Shown here piece after piece: positions 37,294-49,990 of a DNA stretch of 64,000 bases; within the stretch, counting starts at the first letter, position 1, and the number at the start of each line of letters is the position of its first letter. This DNA is from Pseudovirgaria hyperparasitica. Lineage: Eukaryota. The stretch lies in assembly GCA_010093815.1 (NCBI GenBank), contig ML996580.1; one strand, 5' to 3'. The position numbers and the translations under genes are program-made. The notes under the pieces were generated by a model. That model saw only the letters and a list, made by a program, of their open reading frames with translations. It searched no databases and was not told where the DNA came from.

Positions 37294-39649
37294 CTACTGA
37301 GGAAAATTGGGGAACCCAGCATTGTAGTCTGTATTCCATTCCTGATCGAAATCTAATACCCAGCTGACCGGGTCAAAGAACTCGTAGCTATTTGCTGCTG
37401 TATTAGCAAGCCCATTTGCCATGCCTAAAGGCATGTTCAAGGCTGCCGTAGCAGCTGGGCCACCAATACTAGCAGGAATGCCTAGACTACCGTCCAGAAC
37501 ACTGAGATCTGCTCCACTAGTGTTCGCAAGACCTGGCGGTGGCGTTGAGTTGGAACTTGAGTCTGGATTGGTTGGGTTCTGCACGGCGGTTTCGAGTTGC
37601 TCTTTCACGTGTGTCTCGCGCCAGCGCCATACACTGTCGAAAACGACACTCATGCTCATTCGACTGCGGACTTTGAGACGAACGGCGTCTTCTGACATGT
37701 CGAAGCTGCCTTGTCGATTGAAAGGAGTATGTATGGCCGCCATGGGTGAGTTCGATTTTGACGGGTTGGACGCGCCCCCGCTGCCAGATTCCTTCCACAA
37801 TTGTGCGAGAACTTCGCAGAGACGCATTGGTAGATCGTTCTGCTTCGTAGAGAAACAACGAGCCATACGTACAGCATTACTGAAATACTTGCGACTATCG
37901 CAATTGATGTAATGAACTGTATAGTCAGAGTTGCATAACTTTAAGAGGGCAAATCCCGCCGCCAAAAGCATCTGAAAAATTATATTTGGAGCGTGATGAA
38001 GACGTTGCGCTTCATGTAGGCGCATCGCCTGGTCAATAAATGATGTGGCGGCATTATACAACTCCAGTAGATCCTTCCTTATCCTGGGATCGGAAGTTGT
38101 GTCGAAGAAAGAATATAATCGGAGGTGTAGATGGACTGCCTTCTGGTAAAGCCATTCGATATCTTTACATAATTAGTCATACGAAGCACATGTCATGACT
38201 ACCGAAAACTTACCAGTGAACAGAGGCTCCATATCAAGGGTCTCGCGAAACAGTGATTCGACCTCAATTTTCGCGAAAGACGGTGCGTCTTGGTTATGCG
38301 GATGATAGAAGGTATTTCCGGACTCGTCAAGAACATGATTAGCATAGATATTCCTTACAATCCTATCAGCGGCCATCTCAAGCCGCAGCCTTGCGAACAA
38401 TTGAGGTGAGAGTGCCGTAAGGGGCTCTTTCGGATTATACTTGATGAATTTTAGGGTCGAGTCATATTCGGTGTTTGGAGGCTGCCCGTAACCTGTGGAT
38501 ACGCTGTTGATTGTCAGTGGTACACTTCAAGCAGGCGTAGTTTACGCACGACTGGGCGACAATGTTACAAACTGCCCACGTTCGTGTGCGATCATCTATA
38601 TCTTCTCTCTGGAGCTGAATTCTATATCTGGAGAAGTCGTCTGCATGCGCCGGTTGATGCAGGCCAATTTGCATGGCAACCTGCATCATGAGTCCACATA
38701 ACATAAAGGTAATATCAGTCGACGTCCGATCGGTAGGAAGTGGCCAAGTGCAGTGCAAGCACAGCGCTTTGACGACGTGATGATTTCCAGGAACTTCGGC
38801 AATGGTCCCCCATAATAATCCTGTCAAGGGATTCTTCATTCGCTCGTAGTCTCGCGGGTCTGACTTGCGCGCAGCGACGGCAATAATAGTCCAGAAAAGT
38901 AACCTTGAATCTTTCAGGTATTGGTCTGGTGACTGGTCAGGGTCGAGAAACGGTAGATAAGGGTGGTATTGATCGAAGAAGATTTTGAACAACTCATTGA
39001 CTCGATCTGGGGCATAAAGTAGTTCACCAAGGGCATGTAGTTTAACGCCACTTGGACTTCCTCCTCTTAGATCAAGCAGTGAGGCTACAGCCTGGTGTGG
39101 ACCTAGAAACTCGTCTTCATTCTGCAACCTGTTATACGTTTCGATTTGTGGTATGCCGCCTGAGAACGGTGTAGACGCCGAAGAGTGCTGTATAGGCTGT
39201 CCCGACATCCTGCTCACTTGTTGTTTGAGCTCTGCTATCTCGCGTTCCATTTCAGCATGTCTGCTTCGCTTGCCGACGCGCTTGAAATTGGGCTCAATCA
39301 AGCATGTGAGCTTGTGTTTGCGGCATCGTGAGCAAGGAACAAAGGGATCTTGTTGAACATCGCATCGCAACTACTTGTCCATTAGCAGAATGGAAGCTTG
39401 AGGAGGGCAGAATACACCTACCTTCTGCTGGCGGCACTCATTGCAAGCGCGCTTGATCGCAGGCTGCTTCAAGCCTCTACCGCCGGAATCAATTGGCGAT
39501 GTGCCTCCATTCCCATCATCGCCGTCATCGCTGTCGCGAGCCCTCTTGCTGTTCTGAGCTCGTAGGCTCGTTGGGCTCAAATTGTGCTGGCCAAATTGCC
39601 CATTGCCATTGCGCGCTTGATTGGGAGTCGTCGGCGTGATGGGATTCAT
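37294..39649 (-). CDS. leuB: Zn(II)2Cys6 transcription factor, Leu3/LeuB-like, multi-exon
   Basis: KRACNECRQQK|LRCD..PCSRC..C..NFKRVGKR; fungal TF middle region; LKVRSRMSMSVVFDSVWRWRE; acidic C-terminus FDPVSWVLD. Confidence 0.8.
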
Positions 39650-40165
39650 CTCACCATGCTTCTGACGATATGATCTGGGGAAGCAGTCCCGATATCGCTC
39701 TCGAAAAGAGTGGCTGACTTCCGAGTCGAGGGGCTCTAAAGACGCACGAGCTTTGCAGCGGGGAAGTCGCTAGAAGAGAACTACAGATCTTGACCTTAGG
39801 GTTCACTAACTACTTGACTCATCTTTTCACGAGTACATCATGTAGGTACGACCCAGACACCTGCTCACGTGTGGTTGCCCATGTCTTCCCGTGATGAAGC
39901 GCATGTCGCATAGATATCAAATGCCTATCTGGCGGTGTGCGACGGATCCATACTCACCTAGGCAGGATTCTGTGCGTGGAGTGTCCGATGCATCGACGGA
40001 TACGTTTGTTAGCATCTCACGAGCATCAATCACTGTTGCGCAGTACCAAGCAGCCCTACAAAACCAAATATTTCATCTGTATTGGTGGAGTCAGACGTGG
40101 ACACTAATACATAAGTACTATGTTGTATTGCACCTCATCTACAGGTCGGCAGCTAGACTTCCAGA

Positions 40166-41102
40166 TCACAATTTTTGCGTCAACCAGAAGTCTAGATATT
40201 CAACGATTGCCTTCAAACTCTGCTCTTTTACATATCCTAGTCAGCCATTAGCACATCAGCAACTATGAAATGGGTCCACTGCTCACTCTCGTAAGGATTC
40301 TCCAGGTTCGCTCTCAATGCAAAGCCATGCTTTACCTTAGCAAACAACTGCACCTGGAACTCCCTCCCATCCTCCGTCAACATTCCCACTGCACGATTCC
40401 GGTCCTCCGTCCCAAACGTATGGTCAATCTGACTACAACTCAGGAACAATGGCTTCCTCAAGCAACGAAAATGGCTTTCTTTTAGAAACGCCGGGTGCGC
40501 AAACGCTCCTGCATCGCAAATTCCCGCATCCGAAAGCTCGTTGCAAACAAACGGCGCGCCGAAGCAATACCTACAAACATTATCAAGACTCTCCTGACTT
40601 CAATGAGGCTGCCAGGTCAAACCTACCCAACACAAGCAAACTTCTTTCCTTTCCCAAACCTCTCCCTCACTTCATCCACCCACTTTGGTACCGCCCCTTC
40701 CGCAAACTCCATATTCACCCTCTTCCATTCCTCATAATCAAACCCCGGTTCACTCACCCCATCCGTGCGATGCTTCCACACGGGATCACCGCGGAAATAG
40801 TCTGGGCCAAGGACTAGGTACCCGGCGTCTGCAAAGGCGTCCATAACCAAAAAGCCGTTTGCGAAGAAGCCCCAAACATCGGGGAAGTAGAGCAGGACGT
40901 GGCCATTCTCACTTGAGGAAGGGGGCTTAACGATGTAGGTATCGAGCGAGGCGATGGTTTCATGGGCGCCGCGGGGAGTGCCAGTGTGTAGAGTGCCTGA
41001 GAGGCAGCATGTGCTGGGGGGTTTTGCGAGATAGTCATTATCGTTGGGTGCAGGCCGTTGGAGGGTTTCTGGGATGAAGCCCGACACCGATGCCGATGCC
41101 AT
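40166..41102 (-). CDS. Dienelactone hydrolase family protein, 3 exons
   Basis: CCLSGTLHTGTPRG, YFPDVWG, PDYFRGDP, spliced nucleophile VG|YCFG, AHP, DHTF, HGFALR. Confidence 0.9.
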
Positions 41103-41647
41103 CGTCGGATAGAATTGATTCTATGTTAAATGCTTTTGATATATCGATTGGGTGCCCTGATATTATCGAGCTACTATGCACAGTCTGAGCTGGTACTAGG
41201 CATATTGCGTCAACTTCTCCACTTACGCTGAAGCGGATCGGGATCTCCTCTACAAGGTTGTCGGAATAGCGGGGTGCAGGTGGTTGTCCCGTCTGGAGCA
41301 AGCATTTGGTAGGAAAGCTCTAATTCCAGGGAGGGCAACGATAAGCTACCGGAACATGAAAATCGGCTGTTGTATCTGGGAGATCTCCGCATCAGAGAAT
41401 CTTGGCTGCATTAGTAGATACAAAAGACAGCTTGACGCTACGCGAAAGCCCTATATGAGTCTTGAATACTGAATTACAGTAAGTTATTGTTCGCTGAAAG
41501 ATGTTTCCAATCGTGTTTACCAAGATTCCAGATTCAGACACCTCATGCTCTACTACACATATTAACTCTAGACTTGAAGAATGGTCAAGCATCTTCCATT
41601 CATATCTCCATGGTAGTCTCGACCTTCTTGTCTTCGTCAAAGCAAGC

Positions 41648-43282
41648 ATGGAGAGAGTGGATGTCTACGCCAACGATCCAGGAAAGAGTGAAATTATAGG
41701 CATACAGCGCGACAATCAGCTCGAGCCAATGAAAGTTCATGATGCAGTTGAATACGCAGAATACCGCCAAGGACTAGATCTAGATATGTCAAAAGCTAAG
41801 GTACTTTTCATGTCGTGTGCCTTTCCCCTATCTCACTGTTCATCCAGGAAACTCGCGTACGGTGGAAAATCGATCTATTCGTCCTGCCTATTTCCACTTC
41901 ACGCAATGCCTTCAATTCATGGACCGTACAGCGCTAAAGTACGCGAATCTGTTTGGGTACCAGGAAGCATTAGGTCTCGAAGGAAACCAGTTCAGCTACC
42001 TCTCAGCCATGGTGTATGCTGGATACTTCTTCGGGCCGTATCCCAGCGGTTAGCTTATTAGACGCTTCCCGGCGCAGAGGGTGATTGGTGTGAGCTGCTT
42101 GCTCTGGGGGATCACGGTCTTGATTTTGACCCGGTGCCGCTCGTTCTCTAGTGCACTTGCGGTGCGATTCTTACTAGGGCTGTGCGAAGCAGCAGTAACA
42201 CCGGGCTTGACCCTTATGGCTGGATTCTGGTGGACGAGGAGAGAGATTCAGTTGAGGCAATGCCTCTGGTATTCGTCCTTGGGTTGGGGTGGCATCATCG
42301 GATCATACATCTCGATGGGTGTTTCGAAACTCCCTGTAGATCTGAAGCCGGAACGATGGCAGTTCATATTTTTCATACTTGGTGGAGTGACTTGTTTATG
42401 GTCCTTCCTGATCATATTCGCCTTGCCAAATGCACCTTCCAATGCTCGCTTCTTCACAGAAAGAGAGCGGATTGTTGCTGTGACAAAGTTGCTGGCAATC
42501 AAACTGGAATTAAGAACAAGAAGTTCGATCGTAGCCAGGTGCAGCTGGCATTCATAGATCCGAAGGCAGCCCTGCTATTCGTCTCTGTGTTTGCGGCTGC
42601 AATCCCGGATGGCGTCGTTCAGAGTTTCAGTACTGTCATCATCCGCGACCTTGGGTTCTCAACGACGCGAACAACAGAGCTGAAATCAGTAGGCGATGCG
42701 GTACAAATAGTGGCACTCGTGATAGGAGGAATAATCATCCTCAACGTCCGCCAGTCTCGACTTTTGGTGGCTACAGTAGCCAATATCCTTTGTACTGTCG
42801 CAGCTGCCTGTACTGCGTATCTTCCGAGATCAAACACTTGGGGCCGGCTGATATCATTCTAGCTGGTAACCGCTCAATCTGTCGGATTTACAGTCTCTTT
42901 GACGACCCTCTCTTCTAACATAGCTGGCTATACCCACAGATCACTTACTAGCGCATTAGTATTTACAGCATATTGCTGAGGGAATTTTGCTGGTCATTTT
43001 GTCGTAAAGGCCTCGGAGGCTCCGAACTAGTCGGGAGCAACAATTGGTCTCTTGGTGGGATACAGCATCAAGCTTAGCTGTCATCTTCTTGCTTTACTAG
43101 GTTAGTTCGTGCATCTCAGAGTCTCCAGAAGCTAATCAATGCTTCTTGCTACAGGGTACATGTATTTTACCAATCGATGGCGAGATCGACAATATGACTC
43201 GGCAAACAAAGAGGCCAGCGATGAAGCCGGTATGCTTGACAAGACAAAGTTCCAAAACGAACACTTTCGATATGTTCTGTAA
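41648..43282 (+). pseudogene. Allantoate permease (Dal5/ACS-type MFS) pseudogene
   Basis: WKIDLFVLP, QFMDRTAL, GNQFSYL, RFLLGLCEA, ARFFTERER, NQTGIKNK, SN(I)AGYT and FRYVL* are all recognisable; frameshifts near 41895 and 42480; in-frame stops at 42051, 42860, 42977, 43028. Confidence 0.9.
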
Positions 43283-43837
43283 ACAGTGTTGCATAAAGTG
43301 TACACGTCCACGCGACGAGCGGCTTTACACGCGTTGACTTGAAACTTAGCGTCTTGGCACCCTGTTCGTGAGCATTTCACTCTAATACAAGCTTGAGTAT
43401 CGTCTTTTCTGTACCTATGTGAGCTGAATCTAAACAGCCGGAAGAATGTCTGTAGATCCCTAAGCACACTTACCTCGTGAACTAGGATATTCTGCCGTCA
43501 TTAGAGATATGCGACGAAACTTACGCAACGGAGCGGCAAATGATCTACTCGGCACATTGGATGCCGATCCCCAAGTTTCGGCGTTTGAGGTGGAGTTGAG
43601 TTGCCGGCGTCCTGATGATTCCGACCTCAAGCATCCTCGTCCCAGTCTCGCGCTCTATAGCCTTAGACTTCACACCCTCATATTACGGTCTCTTGCACAG
43701 CGTTCTGGATAGTACATTCTCACTGTTAAAGTAGTTATATCATAGACAGCAAGCACAATTCGCGACGCGAGTGCACTTCTAAGAGAGGGGCGGGGCTTGT
43801 GTGCGAATCAAGTTGCTTGGATTCGTCAGCGGTCAAG

Positions 43838-45515
43838 ATGTCAAAAGTTTACGACTACGCAGAAGGTAGTTTCGAACACCCTGGAACAAGCCCAGCATAC
43901 TCATACGACTACAGTTGCGAAACACAGCACTGCAGAATCATGCTGGGTAGTCCTCTACGGCGCCGTGTACGATGTCACAAAGTTCATCCCATCACACCCT
44001 GGTGGTAGCAAAGTAATCCTCCAGCTCGCTGGTCAAGACGCAACTGAAGAGTACGATCCCATTCACCCCCCAGGGATTCTTGAAGAGAATCTTAGACCCG
44101 AAGACAAACTCGGCACTATCAACCCTGATACCCTCCCATCGACGACCTCTCCTGAGTCCCCTGCTCTATCCTCAGCTCCCTCAGCTTCCTCCGGTCCCCC
44201 ATCTCTCTCCTCCCTTCTCAACCTGACCGAGATTGAAATCGCCGCGACATCTCTCATCAGCAAGAAAGCTTGGGCATACTACTACTCTGCCTCGGACGAT
44301 CTCCGCTCCAAAACTCTCAACAACACCGCCTACACATCCATCCTCCTGCGCCCCCGGATATTCATCGATTGCACTCGCTGCGATCTCTCCACGACCCTCC
44401 TCTCTCACCCCGTTTCGCTCCCAATCTACGTCTCACCAGCCGCGATGGCGCGCCTCGCACACCCCGACGGCGAAGCTGGTATCGCACGCGCATGCGCCAA
44501 ATTCGGCGCCGCACAACTCATTAGCCAGAACGCAAGCATGACGCCGGAAGACATCGTAGCAGGTGCGGAGCCTGGACAGGTATTCGGATGGCAGTTGTAC
44601 GTGCAAAACGAGCGGACAAAAAGCGAGGCCATGCTAGCACGAATCGCGAAGCTGCCGGCCGTGAAATTCATTGTGCTGACGCTCGATGCGCCGGTGCCGG
44701 GAAAGCGCGAGGACGACGAGCGGGCGAAGAATATTTCTATTCCTCAACCGACAAGCGCTGCTGTGCAAGCGGGAGAGGATACGAAGGCTACCCCTGGTGC
44801 ACCAGGTCCCGGCGCTGGTATCGGCGCAGCGTTGTTCTGGGGCACGGCAGCGGATCTGACATGGCGTACGACGCTCCCCTGGCTGACTCGACATACGCGC
44901 CTCCCCATCGTCCTTAAGGGTGTTCAAACTCACGAAGACGCATACCTTGCCTCGCAACAATCGCAAGTGCGGGGCATAATACTGTCGAATCACGGGGGTC
45001 GAGCGCTCGATACGGCGCCACCGGCTGTACACACACTGCTGGAGATACGGAAGTATTGTCCGGAGGTATTTGAGCGGATTGAGGTGTGGGTGGATGGCGG
45101 GATTAAGAGGGGCACGGACGTAGTGAAGGCGTTGTGTCTGGGGGCTAAAGGTGTTGGGATCGGGAGAGCAGCACTGTTCGGGTTAGGCGCTGGGGGTCAG
45201 GAAGGCGTTGAAAGGACGCTGGAACGTGAGTTGTTCTCTCTGTTGTCTAAGTGATTCTATAATCTATACTGACGTTGAATCCAGTCTTGAAGGCGGAGAC
45301 GGAGACATGTATGAAGCTGTTAGGTGTGGAGCGAGTGGATCAGCTAGGGCCTCAATTTGTAAGTCACATGCCATTAAATGATATAGACCCAAGGACAGAC
45401 CGCTAACAAATCTTGATGGTAGATCAATACTCGTACGGTCGAGCGAGACATCTACGATGGACCAGCGAACCTCGAACGACCGACTTTGTGGGAGAACACA
45501 AGATCAAAACTGTGA
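43838..45515 (+). CDS. Flavocytochrome b2-like (cytochrome b5 + FMN alpha-hydroxyacid dehydrogenase), 4 exons, ends in SKL
   Basis: [19 protein letters not shown] heme domain; [35 protein letters not shown]; spliced end ..WENTRSKL*. Confidence 0.92.
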
Positions 45516-45835
45516 AATGGAAACACGCTGTGGACGAGTCTCTACCACAACGATATATCAGCCTTTTTCATGATGACATGAATCCCCCAGGAAGTTCATC
45601 CAAGACACTCAAATATAATCAGTCACGTCATACAATTTTGCAGGTCATAAAAGTTTCTCATTATTTTCGCCGTGATCATGCATGCCGGCTTACCTCTATC
45701 TAGGAGGGCTTATAGGATGGTTCACAGGAAGTATTTAAAGCATTGATACTCCATGCTCATGTGAATTTCAAGTCCACATCCCTCACTCTCACAAGAATCG
45801 TTGAGCTTTGTCTACTTTCGGCGTCCTCAGCCTGT

Positions 45836-48175
45836 TCAGGGCATCATGAAACCACTGATATCAAAGTCCATACCATGAACGTCGGTATGGACCTCCATAC
45901 TCTCGAGAAGTTGATCGCGAGAGACTCCATCGCGTGGACGAAGGGACTTGCGTGGTGAGAGGCTTTTGCTGGCTTCACGCTTGCCGAAGGTCTTCTCGTA
46001 TGGAACCGGTTCGGTCTCAACAGCAATACATCTACTATTATCGTTCCACACCGAATCTGCAACAGCCTTCCAGATATAAGTGATGTCAATTGTCATTTCG
46101 GGCGTATAGAAGATGCGACAGTCGGCAGGTTCGTAAACGAATTGTAGTGGAATCTGGTTCTCATCGCCCTCACGGATGCCATCTCGAACGTTCAGACCTG
46201 GGCTACCTGCTGCGCGGTTGTAGGGTATCATACTGGCATACCCCTCAATTTCAACTTCTTTTGGATTCAAAGCCTTCGCATCGCTCACGGCCTGTTGAAT
46301 ATAACCGAATGGGAAGTTGTTGGTTCCCTTGACACCTCCAACGGCTTGAATTGGGTTCGTATTCGCTCTTCCACCTAGTGCGATGATCTTCACACCAGCT
46401 TGTTGTTTCATCATTTCGGAGAATATGGTGCATGTTGAGGCACAGTAGCCGTCCGTCACCATGATGATATTATCAGCTTCGAAGTATTGCTGGGTCAAGT
46501 TGGCACGATTATTGTATCCCGTGATGTTTATACCGCCGCTATTGTATGGAGTCAGAGGATCGCTAAGATTCCATCGATTGAGACTGGTGTACTTGTCACC
46601 GTCGACTTCGTTCGGTCCAAACTTGTCTTCCCAAGATTGCCATGGTTCGTAATTCTCGTCTGCGTCAGACCTGTAATTGAAGTATGATGATACGATGTCC
46701 AGGACGGTGTAATTAGTGTTGTAGGTACGCGGTATACCCTCAGCGAACATGCTATACGCCTGGCCAATCTGATTGAGGGCATCGTTGGCTCGAAACCTAT
46801 TGGCACCGTATGGGAGAATGGAAGGAAAAAGCTTCTTGAAGAGATCATAGCCTTGAAGAATGGTACCACCGCCGTTTGCCTGAAGATCAATAATGAGCTT
46901 TTTCTTGCCATCTGCGTTTGCTTTCTTCAGAAAAACGTCCCCAGCGTTCTGGAAAGGAATCTCTAGTGAGCCTGTGCTGACAAAGGAAGGGACACGTAAC
47001 ACAGCAACGTCCTCAAACCCCTCGCCTTCAAGGTAGTATCCACTGATCACATAGGATGCCTCCACAATGGCAGAAGGATATCCAGGGAAAGCGGGCTGTA
47101 TCGGTGCCGCTTGTCTTTTCGATGCGGTAGGGGCGACTGGGTGTAATCTGATTCGATTTTCCTCGTCGGGAATAGCACCGGTAGTTCCAACGCTCATACT
47201 TGATGCTGATGTTGAGCCATAGTAAATGAATCTCTTAGCAAGTTGTTCGCCAGTGGTGATTCCATCCCAGGTTCTAGCTATCACGCGAGCCTGGTTGACG
47301 AAAGTAGTCTCACTACCATTTGCGAATGTGAGCTTTGTTGTAGCACCTGGGTAGACGAAGCGACCACGTCCACTGCCTGAGAATGCACCATTGCCAGTTC
47401 CTAGACCGCCAAGAGAGACCTGAGCCAAGTTTCGAAAAACATTGTTATACAGAGCATCTCGGTCCTGCAAGGAGCCCGACTGGCTGAATTCTTCTATCCA
47501 CTCTTCTACGTCCGTGTCGTCGATCTTCGTAACAGCCGATGGGGTGTAGGTATTGTTGCCGAAGTGAAGAGCGACGATGTCTTGGTAGCCATAAACACTA
47601 GGCAACTGATGGCCGTCATCAGAGACTGAGACTAGAACGGCTGGACGTGCCCATGCGAAGATACCGCCTACTATATCAGGGATATACACGAAGTGGCCAT
47701 CGTGGGTTGACTGAAATAGGGTGTATAGGTCAACACCGAATTCGTATTCGGATTTGTACTTGTTATCATTGACCTTTTCTGCGAGATCAACTAAACCACC
47801 GACAACATCAACAGCATCCTGGACTTTCTCAAGGTATTCTGCCGGGGGATCTTTGAGGTAAGATAACGTGCTCTGCCAATCGATATATGGGCGGATTCCT
47901 TCGATGAGAGCCAAGGCTGAAGACTTGTTTAGCGGGACAGAATTAAGGCAATCGTGAGCCAATTTAGCAGGTACAATAGGTGCCGTAGTTGGTGTAGCAA
48001 AGATGGCAGATGCGACAGCACCACATGGCGTCGAAGCATTGTTGTTCACCTGGCGTCGGAAGAATGATTGGGTTTCAGCTTGCCGAGGGCGGGAGAAAGG
48101 GCTGACTGGAGAAGTAGAAGAGAGTGTAGCCAAGCTCACAGCGGCCAAGGCTAGTGGACCAGATAGGAGGTGCAT
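45836..48175 (-). CDS. Secreted peptidase S41 family protein, 779 aa, intronless
   Basis: Signal peptide; WQSTLSYLKDPP, HDGH, LIIDLQANGGG, TDGYCASTC, GGR..QAVGGVKG, PLQFVYEPADCRIFYT. Confidence 0.9.
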   Translation of the reverse strand: MHLLSGPLALAAVSLATLSSTSPVSPFSRPRQAETQSFFRRQVNNNASTPCGAVASAIFATPTTAPIVPAKLAHDCLNSVPLNKSSALALIEGIRPYIDWQSTLSYLKDPPAEYLEKVQDAVDVVGGLVDLAEKVNDNKYKSEYEFGVDLYTLFQSTHDGHFVYIPDIVGGIFAWARPAVLVSVSDDGHQLPSVYGYQDIVALHFGNNTYTPSAVTKIDDTDVEEWIEEFSQSGSLQDRDALYNNVFRNLAQVSLGGLGTGNGAFSGSGRGRFVYPGATTKLTFANGSETTFVNQARVIARTWDGITTGEQLAKRFIYYGSTSASSMSVGTTGAIPDEENRIRLHPVAPTASKRQAAPIQPAFPGYPSAIVEASYVISGYYLEGEGFEDVAVLRVPSFVSTGSLEIPFQNAGDVFLKKANADGKKKLIIDLQANGGGTILQGYDLFKKLFPSILPYGANRFRANDALNQIGQAYSMFAEGIPRTYNTNYTVLDIVSSYFNYRSDADENYEPWQSWEDKFGPNEVDGDKYTSLNRWNLSDPLTPYNSGGINITGYNNRANLTQQYFEADNIIMVTDGYCASTCTIFSEMMKQQAGVKIIALGGRANTNPIQAVGGVKGTNNFPFGYIQQAVSDAKALNPKEVEIEGYASMIPYNRAAGSPGLNVRDGIREGDENQIPLQFVYEPADCRIFYTPEMTIDITYIWKAVADSVWNDNSRCIAVETEPVPYEKTFGKREASKSLSPRKSLRPRDGVSRDQLLESMEVHTDVHGMDFDISGFMMP

Positions 48176-49990
48176 GAGTGGCTAAAGAAGAGACCAGAAT
48201 GCGAATAATCGACGTAAACGAGTGGACGAGGGTGGGAACTGGAGATGGAGATGGGTCCGAGAGGTTAACGAGCGACGTGAGGAGCAGTGAAGGTGCTGCT
48301 TCGGTTGTAGAGGAGAGGATAAATGAAAGGAGAAGAGGGCTGGACGTCAGAGGAGAAGTTGGTGAAGTGAAAGACCGAAGGTGAGCGCGAGCTTGTTGAG
48401 GCAGCTGCGATTTAAACTCAGTGTAGCTAGCAACTGCAACGTCCTCGGGATAACAAACAGCAAGACCAAAGACGAGATCTGTGAATCACAACCTGGTCTT
48501 AGTGTGGAGCTGAAAGTGAATAGACGTCGCGTCTGGATTTGAAAATCAAGAATGAATAGCAACGAATGAGTAACAACAAAAGCTCCGTGAAAGTCGAAGA
48601 ATGACAGGGCAGTTAGCAGAAGTGTCTCCTGGACGCGCTTTCTGGACGGAAGAAGCGATGGCAGGCTATAGAAAAATGAGAGCGAGGATATGGAGGAATG
48701 AATGAGAAGGAACAGGAGACTGATAGGACTTATGCTCTACTTAACGGGGAATTGTAGGTCTACCCTAGGCTATAAGAGGTAGCTAGAGTGTGGTTCCAAA
48801 TGATATCACAGACCCACGATATGTTGAGATGAGTGATATACACATAGTACTTTGAATATGAGCGAGGGAAAAAGAATATAGACAAGATTACACAAAGCCT
48901 ACATGCCATACCTATCAAGTACAACAGCTGTGTGCATGCTGTCAAGGGAGCCAGCCCCTGGTGACCAAGCCGCATACCTAGGTAGCAAGCACCTACAAGC
49001 AATTTGCATAGTGAAGGGAACGCGCCGCAAGCTGTCGCAAGGAGAGATTGTCCTAGGTAGGGAGTCTAGTTACAGGGAAGTCTTGCGCGGAACATGGCAA
49101 GAATGCCCCGAGGCGTTGGCTAATGCACGAAGCTGATATCTTTGGGTATGACAGCAGCTATGTCTGTGATCAACGCTCACAACGTTGCATGCAAGCATGC
49201 GGTGGACGGATCCAGTCACTCAGGGTACAAGCAACCAGAGCTACAATCATGATCGCAACTGGACTGACCGGGGACCCACTTGGTATATCGTCATTGTTAT
49301 GGGCCATCTCAAAAAGAATATTATGGGATGCAGTAATAGATGATATCGGAGAGATGATGTAGATCCGGATCAGGGGAAAAGTGGAATGGATCAATGGATG
49401 AGTCGGTCCTTTGAAACCGCCAAGCCCGCCCACCTTCCCACCCCTGACATTATAGATCTCCAAAGCCGTTTTTTCAGACGCTTGTTGTTCCTTGGCTTCT
49501 GGTCCTGTCGTCAAATTATATCAGTGTATGTAGCAATACTTTTTCTGGACAAGATAAGTTCTGACAGCATTAGTTATGAATTGGGTCTCGTGAAACCTGC
49601 AATCTACCGACTATCGAAGTCCCATGTCGTACTGCATTCGCACAGAATATGTTTGTTTCGAATAATCGACGTTAGTTGTAGGTATCCACCTAGTCAAACG
49701 TCCTCCCTTTTACTGATTTGTTCTGTAGCACCATTAAATCGTTCGATCTTTCCTCCACACAATGTTGGTGCTTGGCCATCCCCGTTGAAGATGCAAGTAA
49801 TGAATTGTGCCGTTGCGGCCGGCGCAGATTTGTGGTTTCACGACACCTTGCCGCTGAAATACCTTGTAACTATGTATGTATACGTATTACTTTTTACCCA
49901 CTATTGATGCTCATTACGATTACACTGAAACACAGGACGAAGATGATACGCAATCTTCATATCCTTAATCCTGGCCCAGAACTACTCTAA

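Noticed and set aside
41038..41400. Coding-like minus-strand fragments upstream of the dienelactone hydrolase
   Set aside because: No recognisable family or consistent splice model
43797..43914. ORF-track N-terminus of cytochrome b2 as a mitochondrial presequence
   Set aside because: It starts at TTG and reads through an intron; ATG 43838 plus intron 43866-43914 gives a family-typical start
48200..49980. Short ORFs between the S41 peptidase and VTC genes
   Set aside because: No motifs or splice support; consistent with promoter and UTR sequence
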